A stretch of DNA of 54,554 nucleotides from Myxococcota bacterium (GTDB taxonomy: Bacteria > Myxococcota_A > Bradymonadia > UBA4248): assembly GCA_045599585.1 (NCBI GenBank), contig JAZRWH010000137.1:1-54554 (forward strand). The letters are read 5' to 3'. The notes beneath the pieces were generated by a model, which worked only from the letters and a program-made list of their open reading frames with translations, did no database searches and was not told where the DNA came from. The position numbers were made by a program, and so were the translations under genes. Positions 38,693 to 47,728 of this stretch are shown piece by piece (position 1 is the stretch's first letter; every line of letters begins with the position of its first letter).

Positions 38693-40516
38693 ATGGAAAA
38701 TATCTACGCACAACGCGTTGAGTCTGTTCGCGCCCTGATGCGCGAACAAGGCTGGGATGCTGTCGTCATTTCTGGTTCTGATCCCCATTCGAGTGAATAT
38801 GTGGCCCCGCGATGGCAACAGGTCATGTGGATCTCTGGGTTTACGGGAGAAGCCGGGGACGTCGTCATCACGCAGCAACATGCTGGACTTTGGACTGATA
38901 CAAGATACTTTATTCAGGCTGGCAAACAACTTCCCGGCACTGGGATAGAACTCCATAAAACAAACGTTCCTGATCAAATCCTTATCCCGCAATGGCTCGC
39001 AGATCACGCTTTTGCAAACACAGACAAAACACCCGTAATCGCTGTTGATGGATTATGTCAGGCAATAGATGCAGTCGATGGACTCCGCAATGCCTTTGCT
39101 TCAAGTGGAAAAAGTGTCAAGCTAGTCAACGCACCTGATATGCTGAACGCGCTTTGGACAGACCGCCCTCAAATTCCACAAACGCCCATTACAACGCTTT
39201 CTTCGAAACTTACAGGCATGTCACGTGCCGACAAACTTGCCTGGATACGATCCCAAATGACCCAAAAGAAAGCTGACGCCATTCTGTTGACAGCACTCGA
39301 CGAAATTGCCTGGCTTCTCAACGCACGTGGTGCAGACATTGATTACAATCCTATCATCATTTCATATTTGTTTATTTCGCATAACACTGCGCGTTGGTTT
39401 GTTAAAAAATCGGATAACCTTGATACCCAAACGACGGCTAGCTTTGCCGAAATTGAATCAGACGGCATAGAAATTTGTAATTACGACGACATTACAAAAG
39501 CTCTTAAATCCTTTAAGGGCAAGGTTTTTGTTGATCCATCAACGCTCAATTACAATTTAAGTGATGCCCTGACACCAGGTGTTGGAGCGCCTAATTATAT
39601 GACAGGCGAATCTCCTGTTATCCTAAAAAAATCTATAAAAAATGCCGATGAAATCGAAGGCATGCGCGTCGCACACATCGTCGATGGCGTTGCAGTGGTT
39701 CGATTTTTCCATTGGCTCGAAAACGCGATCAAAGCAGGCCAAACAGTCTCGGAATGGGATGCCGCCGTTCAGCTTGGCAAGTTCAGAGCCGAAATTCCCG
39801 AGTATCGCGGAGATAGCTTCGAAACGATTTCTGCCTGGGGCGAAGGCGCAGCCCTCCCCCACTACGTCACGCCCAAAGACGGTTCCACCAAAATTGGCGA
39901 TCACGGCCTTTACCTCTGTGATTCGGGCGGCCAATACCTTTTTGGCACCACAGATATCACGCGTACTGTTGCCGTGGGCCCCTGCACCGATCTCGAAAAA
40001 GAAGATTACACACTCGCGCTTCAAGGCCACATCCGCCTTGCCCTTTGCCACTTCCCCCTCGGTACAGCCGGCTGTCAAATCGACGTACTCGCTCGAGAAC
40101 CGATGTGGCGCAAATGCCGCAATTTTGGTCACGGCACAGGCCACGGCGTCGGCTTTTATCTTAATGTCCACGAAGGCCCTCAAAATATCCGACAAGGCTT
40201 CAAAAATCAGCCGCTTCTTCCCGGAATGATCACCTCCAATGAACCTGGCCTCTACCGCGAAGGTATGCACGGCATCCGCCACGAAAACCTCGTGCTCTGC
40301 GTCGACACGCAAACGCACGATTTTGGGCGTGACTGGCTCGCTTTTGAGACGATCACCCTGTGCTATTTCGACACAGCCCCCATCCTCACCGAACTCCTAC
40401 ACGACGACGAAATCGAATGGCTCAATGCCTACCATGAACGCGTTTATAAACTTCTTTCGCCGCACCTCAATTCTGACGATGCCACGTGGCTCTCGGAAAA
40501 AACACTCCCTATCTAA
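38693..40516 (+). CDS. Xaa-Pro aminopeptidase (M24B, creatinase-N + pita-bread domain)
   Basis: GGAG SD. About 600 aa. Metal-ligand context CDSGGQY ... HGTGHGVG ... SNEPG ... E. Confidence 0.85.
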   Translation: MENIYAQRVESVRALMREQGWDAVVISGSDPHSSEYVAPRWQQVMWISGFTGEAGDVVITQQHAGLWTDTRYFIQAGKQLPGTGIELHKTNVPDQILIPQWLADHAFANTDKTPVIAVDGLCQAIDAVDGLRNAFASSGKSVKLVNAPDMLNALWTDRPQIPQTPITTLSSKLTGMSRADKLAWIRSQMTQKKADAILLTALDEIAWLLNARGADIDYNPIIISYLFISHNTARWFVKKSDNLDTQTTASFAEIESDGIEICNYDDITKALKSFKGKVFVDPSTLNYNLSDALTPGVGAPNYMTGESPVILKKSIKNADEIEGMRVAHIVDGVAVVRFFHWLENAIKAGQTVSEWDAAVQLGKFRAEIPEYRGDSFETISAWGEGAALPHYVTPKDGSTKIGDHGLYLCDSGGQYLFGTTDITRTVAVGPCTDLEKEDYTLALQGHIRLALCHFPLGTAGCQIDVLAREPMWRKCRNFGHGTGHGVGFYLNVHEGPQNIRQGFKNQPLLPGMITSNEPGLYREGMHGIRHENLVLCVDTQTHDFGRDWLAFETITLCYFDTAPILTELLHDDEIEWLNAYHERVYKLLSPHLNSDDATWLSEKTLPI

Positions 40517-40549
40517 AATTATATAATTGCTGGTATAATTAATTTCTAT

Positions 40550-40587
40550 GAGCGATGCTATCGTGAACGATACGCATCGCTTTTTTT
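40550..40587 (+). terminator. rho-independent terminator after Xaa-Pro aminopeptidase
   Basis: GAGCGATGCtaTCGTgaaCGATACGCATCGC followed by T7. Confidence 0.75.
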
Positions 40588-40727
40588 ACGCGCGTCTTCT
40601 CGGCGCATAGCGCCTCAATACGCCGCGCGAGCGCTGCGCGCTTTTATGCATAATCATTCAACATTTATGTAAAGCTTAGATAAATATTACAAATTCTAAA
40701 TTCATTCACCTAAACGAACACAATGCA

Positions 40728-40766
40728 GTATCATTACAAACTACGCACTGTAATTTGTAATGATAC
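40728..40766. promoter_or_regulatory. 13-bp perfect inverted repeat GTATCATTACAAA-n13-TTTGTAATGATAC just downstream of mgsA
   Basis: Seen in the sequence. AT-rich, so it could be a terminator-like hairpin or a protein-binding site. Confidence 0.3.
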
Positions 40767-40782
40767 ATTATAAATACAGATT

Positions 40783-41253
40783 TTATCTGAGTTTTGAGGC
40801 TTCGAAAGCTTCCCGATCAAACGGTCTGTATTTTTGTTCGCGCGGTTTGTAAGTCTCATCATCCCAAAGCGAACTCGTGATCATAAGATCCGCACTGTAG
40901 CGATTACAAGCAATGGGGACATTGTGTACACGGCATTGCCTCAAAAGCATCTGAATGTCCGCTTCGTGCGGCTGCGGATTGAGATCATCAATTAAGAAGA
41001 TAGCCAAATCAATTTCTTTGCGAACAACCATTGCGGCGATTTCGGTATCACCGCCCATCGGACCAGAATGCATACACGAGATGTCGCAGGCTATGCCATT
41101 CGACTTAAAAGCTTCGTGGATCAGCGTACCCGTCGTTCCCGTGCAAACGAGGCGATGTTCCGCTAAAAACTTTGCATTGTTGACAGCCCAATCGATCATA
41201 TCAGCTTTACGATTGTCGTGTGCTACGAGCGCAATTGTCAGTTTTTTCAACAT
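40783..41253 (-). CDS. mgsA: methylglyoxal synthase
   Basis: LVAHDNRKADMIDWAV...VCTGTTG...SGPMGGDTE...FLIDDLNPQPHEADIQ...VPIACN matches the MgsA signature. The start is taken at MLKK, 45 nt inside the track ORF. Confidence 0.85.
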   Translation of the reverse strand: MLKKLTIALVAHDNRKADMIDWAVNNAKFLAEHRLVCTGTTGTLIHEAFKSNGIACDISCMHSGPMGGDTEIAAMVVRKEIDLAIFLIDDLNPQPHEADIQMLLRQCRVHNVPIACNRYSADLMITSSLWDDETYKPREQKYRPFDREAFEASKLR

Positions 41254-41407
41254 TTTATTCTCTCCAAAAGATTTTAATGTGCACATAATGTGACGCATTG
41301 AATGAACGATTGCAGCCTATAGTGTTTAAACCAAAAATTCAACAAATTCGATGCGTTTGATGTTTAATCTAGGAATAGCTCAACTAGGGGCCCGCGTGCC
41401 GAAGGCG

Positions 41408-41574
41408 CACCCGCTCGTCTGGTGCGCCCGCTGCTTGCATTCGGCTTCGCGACGCAGGCGATTTAACAGTAATCTTAAGTCTTTTTCATGCTTAGAAACG
41501 ACTATATATCGATAAAACAAAGCTACTGTAGAGTTATCAGAGTATTCTATGAAAACTCCGTGGGACAGCAGTGA
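41408..41574 (-). mobile_element. MITE-like element copy 2, inverted orientation, about 95% identical over about 165 bp, one TIR present (41560-41573), other end replaced or truncated
   Basis: The reverse complement aligns with copy 1 from the TIR through GCAAGCAGCGGGCGCACCAGACGAGCGGG. Confidence 0.7.
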
Positions 41575-41575
41575 C

Positions 41576-42145
41576 TTAATCGATAATCTCGTGCAAAATA
41601 CGGCTGATCGTTTCGAAGTCAACAAGTCTGTGTGGACCTTCTATTTGTACAAATTTGGAAACTGGCTTCCAATAAGCTTCGGCAATAGAAGAATCAAGCA
41701 ATTCGTCGTGATCAGAAAGGACAAGGTAACGCACAACGTCCGTCTGACGCATATCGCGTTTAGCGCTATATGACTGAGCCAACTCAGGCGTTACTGCATA
41801 TGTCTCGTGATTGATCGGATTTGTCATTTCCCCTTGATAGGTATCTTTGGCGATTTCAGCTGCCGCATCGACGACAGGGTTAATCATAACAACGGCTTTG
41901 ATATGTGGTTCATCACTCAACTGATCAGCCAAAAAACCGCCGAGAGACGTTCCTATGAGTACAGCCTCATCACCCTCAGCCGTAAACTTAGCAATCTGCT
42001 CTTTTAGGCTTGCCAAGATCACTTCATATCGATCTCCAGAATGATAGTATGCTTCGAGCACTTTATAGCCCGAGGCTTTTTTAATATTTCTGGGTGTTGA
42101 AGAATTTTTGTACGAATTGAAACCATGGATATAAATGACTTTCAT
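41576..42145 (-). CDS. YqiA-like esterase (alpha/beta hydrolase, UPF0227)
   Basis: MKVIYIHGFNS...GTSLGG...D...H resembles the YqiA/YcfP pattern. The stop sits 2 nt from the MITE terminal repeat. Confidence 0.65.
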   Translation of the reverse strand: MKVIYIHGFNSYKNSSTPRNIKKASGYKVLEAYYHSGDRYEVILASLKEQIAKFTAEGDEAVLIGTSLGGFLADQLSDEPHIKAVVMINPVVDAAAEIAKDTYQGEMTNPINHETYAVTPELAQSYSAKRDMRQTDVVRYLVLSDHDELLDSSIAEAYWKPVSKFVQIEGPHRLVDFETISRILHEIID

Positions 42146-42450
42146 GCTCACACCTCTTTGTGGTCAACGATTCAGCGCCAAATGTCGGTCGCCATTCATT
42201 CCATAACACGATTGAATTCAAATTGTATATTAATATATAAAAATAGTTTAAGGCAGTGCATGGCCGTCTCAAACATATTTTCATTAACTTCAACGAAATG
42301 CGCTCGTTACAGAATTTTATACTTTTCTAATTCTCATTCTGTCCTGCGGACGCCCCTTTGGAATTTCCGCGCTTGCAGAGAGCTCACGTTGTTCAAATAT
42401 GAATTTATGTAGGACTGCGGTACTGTAGAAAGCGACATCACAACAAGAGA

Positions 42451-42527
42451 AGGCCGGCGTATTGAACGCGCATCAGCGCGTGAGAAGCCGGCCCAAGGCG
42501 CGTCGTATGCCGAAGGCATAGACGTGC
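42451..42527. repeat. GC-rich hairpin pair (GGCCGGC...GCCGGCC; CGTATGCCgaaGGCATAGACG) related to the core family
   Basis: Read from the sequence. Confidence 0.55.
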
Positions 42528-42541
42528 TAAGGCAACCATGA

Positions 42542-44578
42542 TTAATATGTAATTTTTCCACCGAGCATTAATTCGAAACCAGGCTCTGGATACCCCACTG
42601 CTCGTGTATAATTATAATCGGTAAGATTCGTGCCACGTAAGTACATCGAAAAATGCTCAATATGCCACTCTACCTCAGCATTTAATAAAAAGACATTTCC
42701 AAGCCAGGCATAACTTGAGGACATCCATGCTTCGGAACGTCGCTTTGACTCAAACTGAACGCCAAGCGTGAAGCGAAGTTCATCTATAGGAGAATAGTGC
42801 ACAGCTCCTCTGAAATTGTGCGCCGGTCGATCATTTAAAACATGGTCTTCAGTCAAGTCGTATGCATAAAGATAATGATAAGAAAGATCAAAAGAGACGC
42901 CCGCCCAAGTCCCTAATTTGAGCGCTATATCTGTGCCTGCAATGCGGGATTCACTCACATTATGGGCAATTTTTAAATTATTAATATACTTAAAATCAAT
43001 TAAATCGTGCACTTCAGTATCGAAAACACCGACGGTCAAAGCCACTTCATCGATAGGACTCCAATGAACTTCGACTTCAAAATCCCAAGCTGTTTCGGGG
43101 TTCAACGATTCGAGCTTCACGCCTTTTGATTCGGGAACGTTTCGGAACTGTTCTTTAAGCGTCGGCATGCGCAGTCGGCGAGCAGCACGCAAGCCAAGAT
43201 CTAAATTCGGCAGAATGGAATAATCAAAACCGACGCTAAATCCTCCATTGTACATCGCTTGAAGTTTAATTTCGTTATGCTCAAGTGAAGAAGCATTTTG
43301 CGAAGCTGGAACGACGCCCACGGCATTCCCAGCCGCAAAAAAGCGCATGTCAGGCGTGAAAAGCCATTCAATGGCCGGGCGCAAGTCAAAATAAACGCGA
43401 CTAGCATTACTCCAAATGTTGTGCGAAGGCGCATAAAACGCCTCATTCGATGCGTGTCGCTGATATCTGAGATCGGTACGCAACAAGAGCGCAAGGTACC
43501 CCGCAGCTCCCAAATCAAAAGGAGCTCCGTTCAATTCCAGTTTGAAGCCGTAATCATCGTCCTGCCAAACGGAAGTAGAAGCATCGAGAGCCGTTTGAGT
43601 TGTCCTTGAAGCATCGTCGTAGGCTTCGAGTGTATTGCCTTGATCAACCGCCCAAATGAGCAGTTGTCCCTTGATTGGGTTAGTATCGAATTTGAAACGT
43701 CCGCTTGCGAATGCATTGCGATAACTTGAATAGCGCCAAAAGCGATGCGTTCCTGTATTTATTCCTGTGGGAACCTCACGCGGAGCCTGAGACCAACCAG
43801 CCATCAGCTCAACATCGCCCCAGTCAGCAATTGATCGTCCAGTTTTTACAAGAAAATTCGCATTTTTATACTCAGCGGCGTCTCGCAATCCACCATTCTC
43901 GCCATCTGATGCATTAAATGCATGTGACAAATAAAAACCGTTACTGTAACTACCGCCAACAGTAACAGCCCAACGCCAAGCATCATAGTGCATTCCATGC
44001 GATAAAGAAGCGACCATGCCGCTACGAGATACTTCAAAAGACGCTTCAATCAAACTCGGATCGAAGGCATAAAGGTCAATGAGTCCGCCGAGACCAACGG
44101 CATCGGTTGGGGAAGCGTCAGCATGAGCCACACGTCCAGCACTGATCCAATTCATAGGCAAAGCATCGATCGCAGCCAGCCCTTCGTAAGCAGAATCCAG
44201 TGGAATGCCTGCGAAATCGATGCGCAACTGACGCGGTTCAAACCCGCGAACCATGACAGAGCGTCTTCCCTTGCCTGACGGATCTCCGTACACACCATTG
44301 ACACTTTCCAACCAATCGTTGACTGATTGAACATCCGGCAAAACGATTGTTTGAGCAAAGGCAGGGCGAGCTCCGTTACGAACTTCAGACTCAATCGTGT
44401 TCATTATTTCAATTGCATCGAGTTCAAGCGCAGAATCTTCGACAGAATCCATCCATAGCTCAACATCATCCTCTTGAACCTGCACATCCAAAGAATCATC
44501 TTTAGACTGTGCCATCGCAGGAACAGCAACCATACAAGCTGTCGCAAACAAGAATATGCAACTGATAATATTTTTCAT
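42542..44578 (-). CDS. TonB-dependent receptor-like outer membrane protein
   Basis: The signal peptide ends AMAQ. A plug-like segment RSVMVRGFEPRQLRIDFAGIPL is followed by about 550 aa of beta-rich sequence, and the C-terminus is aromatic (Y). Confidence 0.65.
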   Translation of the reverse strand: MKNIISCIFLFATACMVAVPAMAQSKDDSLDVQVQEDDVELWMDSVEDSALELDAIEIMNTIESEVRNGARPAFAQTIVLPDVQSVNDWLESVNGVYGDPSGKGRRSVMVRGFEPRQLRIDFAGIPLDSAYEGLAAIDALPMNWISAGRVAHADASPTDAVGLGGLIDLYAFDPSLIEASFEVSRSGMVASLSHGMHYDAWRWAVTVGGSYSNGFYLSHAFNASDGENGGLRDAAEYKNANFLVKTGRSIADWGDVELMAGWSQAPREVPTGINTGTHRFWRYSSYRNAFASGRFKFDTNPIKGQLLIWAVDQGNTLEAYDDASRTTQTALDASTSVWQDDDYGFKLELNGAPFDLGAAGYLALLLRTDLRYQRHASNEAFYAPSHNIWSNASRVYFDLRPAIEWLFTPDMRFFAAGNAVGVVPASQNASSLEHNEIKLQAMYNGGFSVGFDYSILPNLDLGLRAARRLRMPTLKEQFRNVPESKGVKLESLNPETAWDFEVEVHWSPIDEVALTVGVFDTEVHDLIDFKYINNLKIAHNVSESRIAGTDIALKLGTWAGVSFDLSYHYLYAYDLTEDHVLNDRPAHNFRGAVHYSPIDELRFTLGVQFESKRRSEAWMSSSYAWLGNVFLLNAEVEWHIEHFSMYLRGTNLTDYNYTRAVGYPEPGFELMLGGKITY

Positions 44579-44688
44579 TCTAGTAAAAACACGAAAATCC
44601 GAAGCTGAATAACTTAATGCCAGTACGAAAAAGCATATGAAGCGTATTCAGTTTCGGAACACTGTTAAGCCAACTAAATATGATAGAT

Positions 44689-45603
44689 TTAGTTATTTGT
44701 TTTAATAGCAATCGTATTTGAGCCCGTGGTACCATAACAACCACTTTGAGTTTCAACGTAGGTCATTATATTATTCTCACCGACCACGATTGCACCATCA
44801 GCTACGATTTTGCATGAAAGCCAATCTTTGCATTTACTTTTATTCGAAGGATAATAGCTGTTTGAGTCATCTTCGTGATCGATCGCCTGAACTTCACAAA
44901 GTGAAGTTGTCAGATCAACTTGAACGCCAGCGTTATTCAATATATCAGCAACTGCGACTGAACCATCATGAATAAGCGTAGAGATATCGATCGACTCATA
45001 GAGGTCACCATCTATAATAATATCAAAGTTATTTTCGGCCAACGAGCCGCCATCTCCACCGGGATTTTCGCCTCCTTCACCAGAATTGCCGCCTTCTTCG
45101 ACAGGCTTATCTGCAGAAGCGTACATGACAACAGAGACGACATCCTTGACATTATAGCAGCCTTGTTTGGCCATATCCGTATGATCATCATAGATCATCG
45201 AATGTGTTGAAGTATTTAAATAACTTTTAAGTGTTTCGCTGCAGCTGACGACCTTACAACGATCTCCTAGAGAAGAGGGCTTAAAGCCGTCTTTGGCTTC
45301 ATATTCACAGAGAAACTGAGCGAGGTAACGCTCAAGATTTTCAGGAGAGACGTGGTTGGCTTGAGCAATGATGTCTGAAATGGGAATAACGTTGTATTCT
45401 TGTCCTTCGGATGTAATTTTGATTTGGTGCTCCATCATGTCTGCGAGGTCTATTTTGCCAGACTCAACGCTATCGATTTTAACGGTGATACTGTAGTTTG
45501 CAATTCCGTCTTGGTGATGCTCTTCGACAGACTGAGAATCATCGCAAGCCCAAGCAGCTGCTGCTAAAACAGAACAAATCCCAAACAGAACACGTATTTT
45601 CAT
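44689..45603 (-). CDS. lipoprotein of unknown function, upstream partner of the receptor
   Basis: MKIRVLFGICSVLAAAAWAC has a lipobox. There is a Gly-rich linker EGGNSGEGGENPGGDGGS. The start is taken at MKIRV inside the track ORF. Confidence 0.6.
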   Translation of the reverse strand: MKIRVLFGICSVLAAAAWACDDSQSVEEHHQDGIANYSITVKIDSVESGKIDLADMMEHQIKITSEGQEYNVIPISDIIAQANHVSPENLERYLAQFLCEYEAKDGFKPSSLGDRCKVVSCSETLKSYLNTSTHSMIYDDHTDMAKQGCYNVKDVVSVVMYASADKPVEEGGNSGEGGENPGGDGGSLAENNFDIIIDGDLYESIDISTLIHDGSVAVADILNNAGVQVDLTTSLCEVQAIDHEDDSNSYYPSNKSKCKDWLSCKIVADGAIVVGENNIMTYVETQSGCYGTTGSNTIAIKTNN

Positions 45604-45743
45604 TCTATAACTCCTCCTAGATCTTGATGCTCTGCATATCTGCAACATTGTTGCAGATATGCACAAATTGCGTTTTACGCTTACAAGTAGTCATTGTCAA
45701 ATTGAGAAATAGCATTCAAGTTCAGATAGGAGCGCATTAAAGA

Positions 45744-45780
45744 AAAAGCCGCGTATCTCGGTTAGAGATAGCGGCTTTAT
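45744..45780 (-). terminator. terminator of the MFP-RND-TolC operon
   Basis: On the minus strand TAAAGCCGCTATCTCtaaccGAGATACGCGGCTTTTT. Confidence 0.75.
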
Positions 45781-45781
45781 T

Positions 45782-45845
45782 CTGGCGTATTGGCGTGAGC
45801 CAATAGCCAGAAGCGCTGGTCGTATCGGCAGAGCCGATAGACGCG
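45782..45845. repeat. core-type hairpins CTGGCGTATTGGCgtgaGCCAATAGCCAG and GTCGTATCGGCagaGCCGATAGACGC
   Basis: Read from the sequence. Adjacent to the terminator of the efflux operon. Confidence 0.75.
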
Positions 45846-45876
45846 CAAACAATATATAAGAAATAGATGTTATGAA

Positions 45877-47571
45877 TTAATATACAACTTCCATAATATC
45901 ACGTCCGAGCGTGGAGATCAGGGAGATCATCGAAAGTTCAGCCTGAATGCCGGCAGTAATATAAGCGATCGACGCTGAAGCGACGTTATTGCGAGCGGTT
46001 GTAACATCGATGAACGTGGAGACACCGTTGTTATAAGCAGCCTCTTGGAGCTGGAGGGCCTCGCGCGCGAGTGCGACTTGGCGTTTAGCGTTATCGACGC
46101 TGAAGAGCGCGGAGTAGTATTCGCGTTTAGCTTTTCGGACAGCGATACGTGTAGAATTTTCGGTCGACTGGATCGTCAACTCAGAGGCGCGGAGGGTCGC
46201 TCTTTTTTCGTCCAACGCACCGAATTTAGAATAATCGAAGAGTGGAATCGAAAGCGAGAGAGCGAGAGTCCAAGATTTAGAACCGTTCCAGGAGCGCGAA
46301 GAAGAGTGATCGGCATTAATCATATCCACGGCAGACCAGTTATAGCCGAACTGCCAAGCGCCCGAGAGCGTAGGCATAAAGCCAGCAATTGCAGCATCGA
46401 GGCTAAGTTCGTTAATATGCTGCGTCATGCGATTCATTTTGAGGGTACGATTTTGTGAGAGGGCTTCGTCTTCGAGGGCTTCATCTGTCGTAATATTGAC
46501 AGGTTCGATATGGGTCGGTTGCGGCACGGGCAAGCCTTCCATATTGAGGAGATTTGCGAGGGCGTCGCGAGCCGTTTCGTAAGACCAAATTGCATCAATG
46601 AGCGCCTGACGTTGTTTTTCGACGGCGAACTGAGCCTGAATAACCGAGAGCTTAACGTCAGCACCGCGATCATACCGGCCTTGAGCCAAACTGAGCTGAT
46701 CAAGCGCAGACTTGAGCTGAACGCGCTGTACTTTAACGACTTCACCGCAGAGGAGGGCAGCCATATAAGCCTGAGCCGTACCTGCCAAAATCTGTTGACG
46801 GCCGTTTTCGACACCGAGCGCGGTAATATCCACAGCTTCATCGGCCATTTTAAGGGAGAACCAGCCTGCAACATTTATAATAGAGAGTCCGAATGTCAGA
46901 TCAAACTTGAGGACATCCTGAACGTTTGCGTCGGGAATTGCCGCCGAAGCAGCTGCAAAACCAGCGCCCATTTCAGGGCTAATCTGTCCAACGATTTGTC
47001 CTAACGTATCGACAACTGATTTTGTCGTTGCAGAGCCGTTTGTGGGATACCCCATATGTGCGTAGCTTAGCGTTGCCGAAATATTAGGGAGAATGATAGC
47101 CCAAGCCTGTTTGAGCTGAGCGCGTGCTTTATCGATATTAATTTGCGCCGATTGAAGATCGATGTTTTGTGCATCGACCATGAGCAGAGCATCTTTAAGC
47201 GTAATGGAAGGTCCAGGCTTAATTTCGTTTAGTTCAGAAATTTGTTCAATTTGACTATCCAAAGCGCTTTCACCGGGTAGCGCCTGTTGCGATTGAATTT
47301 TTTCGACGCCAACCGGAATCGGGGTTTCGTGCGTTGCCGTAAGCGTGAGTCGAGCAGCGGCGAGATTTTTATTAGTACGTTCACCCACGCTCGGATCAAT
47401 AATTGAAGGATCGTAATAAGAAGAATGGCTATTCGGCTTGCATTCAGATTGGGCAGGCGCAGCCGAATCTGGCTGACTGTCATCTTGAGCGAGAGCCTGG
47501 GAAGCAAAGCCTGTAGAAAGCGCAGTCCCCAAAAGGAGCGCAATGAGGCGATGGCTGCTTAAATTTTTCAT
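45877..47571 (-). CDS. TolC-like outer membrane efflux protein
   Basis: Signal peptide MKNLSSHRLIALLLGTALSTGFASQALAQ. Two repeat halves carry coiled-coil segments. It is the last gene of the MFP-RND-OMF operon. Confidence 0.75.
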   Translation of the reverse strand: MKNLSSHRLIALLLGTALSTGFASQALAQDDSQPDSAAPAQSECKPNSHSSYYDPSIIDPSVGERTNKNLAAARLTLTATHETPIPVGVEKIQSQQALPGESALDSQIEQISELNEIKPGPSITLKDALLMVDAQNIDLQSAQINIDKARAQLKQAWAIILPNISATLSYAHMGYPTNGSATTKSVVDTLGQIVGQISPEMGAGFAAASAAIPDANVQDVLKFDLTFGLSIINVAGWFSLKMADEAVDITALGVENGRQQILAGTAQAYMAALLCGEVVKVQRVQLKSALDQLSLAQGRYDRGADVKLSVIQAQFAVEKQRQALIDAIWSYETARDALANLLNMEGLPVPQPTHIEPVNITTDEALEDEALSQNRTLKMNRMTQHINELSLDAAIAGFMPTLSGAWQFGYNWSAVDMINADHSSSRSWNGSKSWTLALSLSIPLFDYSKFGALDEKRATLRASELTIQSTENSTRIAVRKAKREYYSALFSVDNAKRQVALAREALQLQEAAYNNGVSTFIDVTTARNNVASASIAYITAGIQAELSMISLISTLGRDIMEVVY

Positions 47572-47728
47572 ATATGAACTCCATTGAATTGGAATTTGAG
47601 TCTGACCTTTAAGCCAAAAACGTTTGAAACGTTCACAATAGCCTTTATACAAGGCCACTGAGAACGTTTCATAGTGGAATTATATTCCAAAACAGCGTTT
47701 TTAAGCAAAGGTTAGTAGTTTAAGCGAT

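Noticed and set aside
35796-41574. Interpreting the MITE-bracketed 5.4 kb block as an autonomous composite transposon or genomic island
   Set aside because: No transposase or integrase lies inside. The cargo is housekeeping-like (mgsA, aminopeptidase, MATE), and one MITE copy lacks its inner TIR. It is kept only as a structural observation with an inversion or mobilisation hypothesis.
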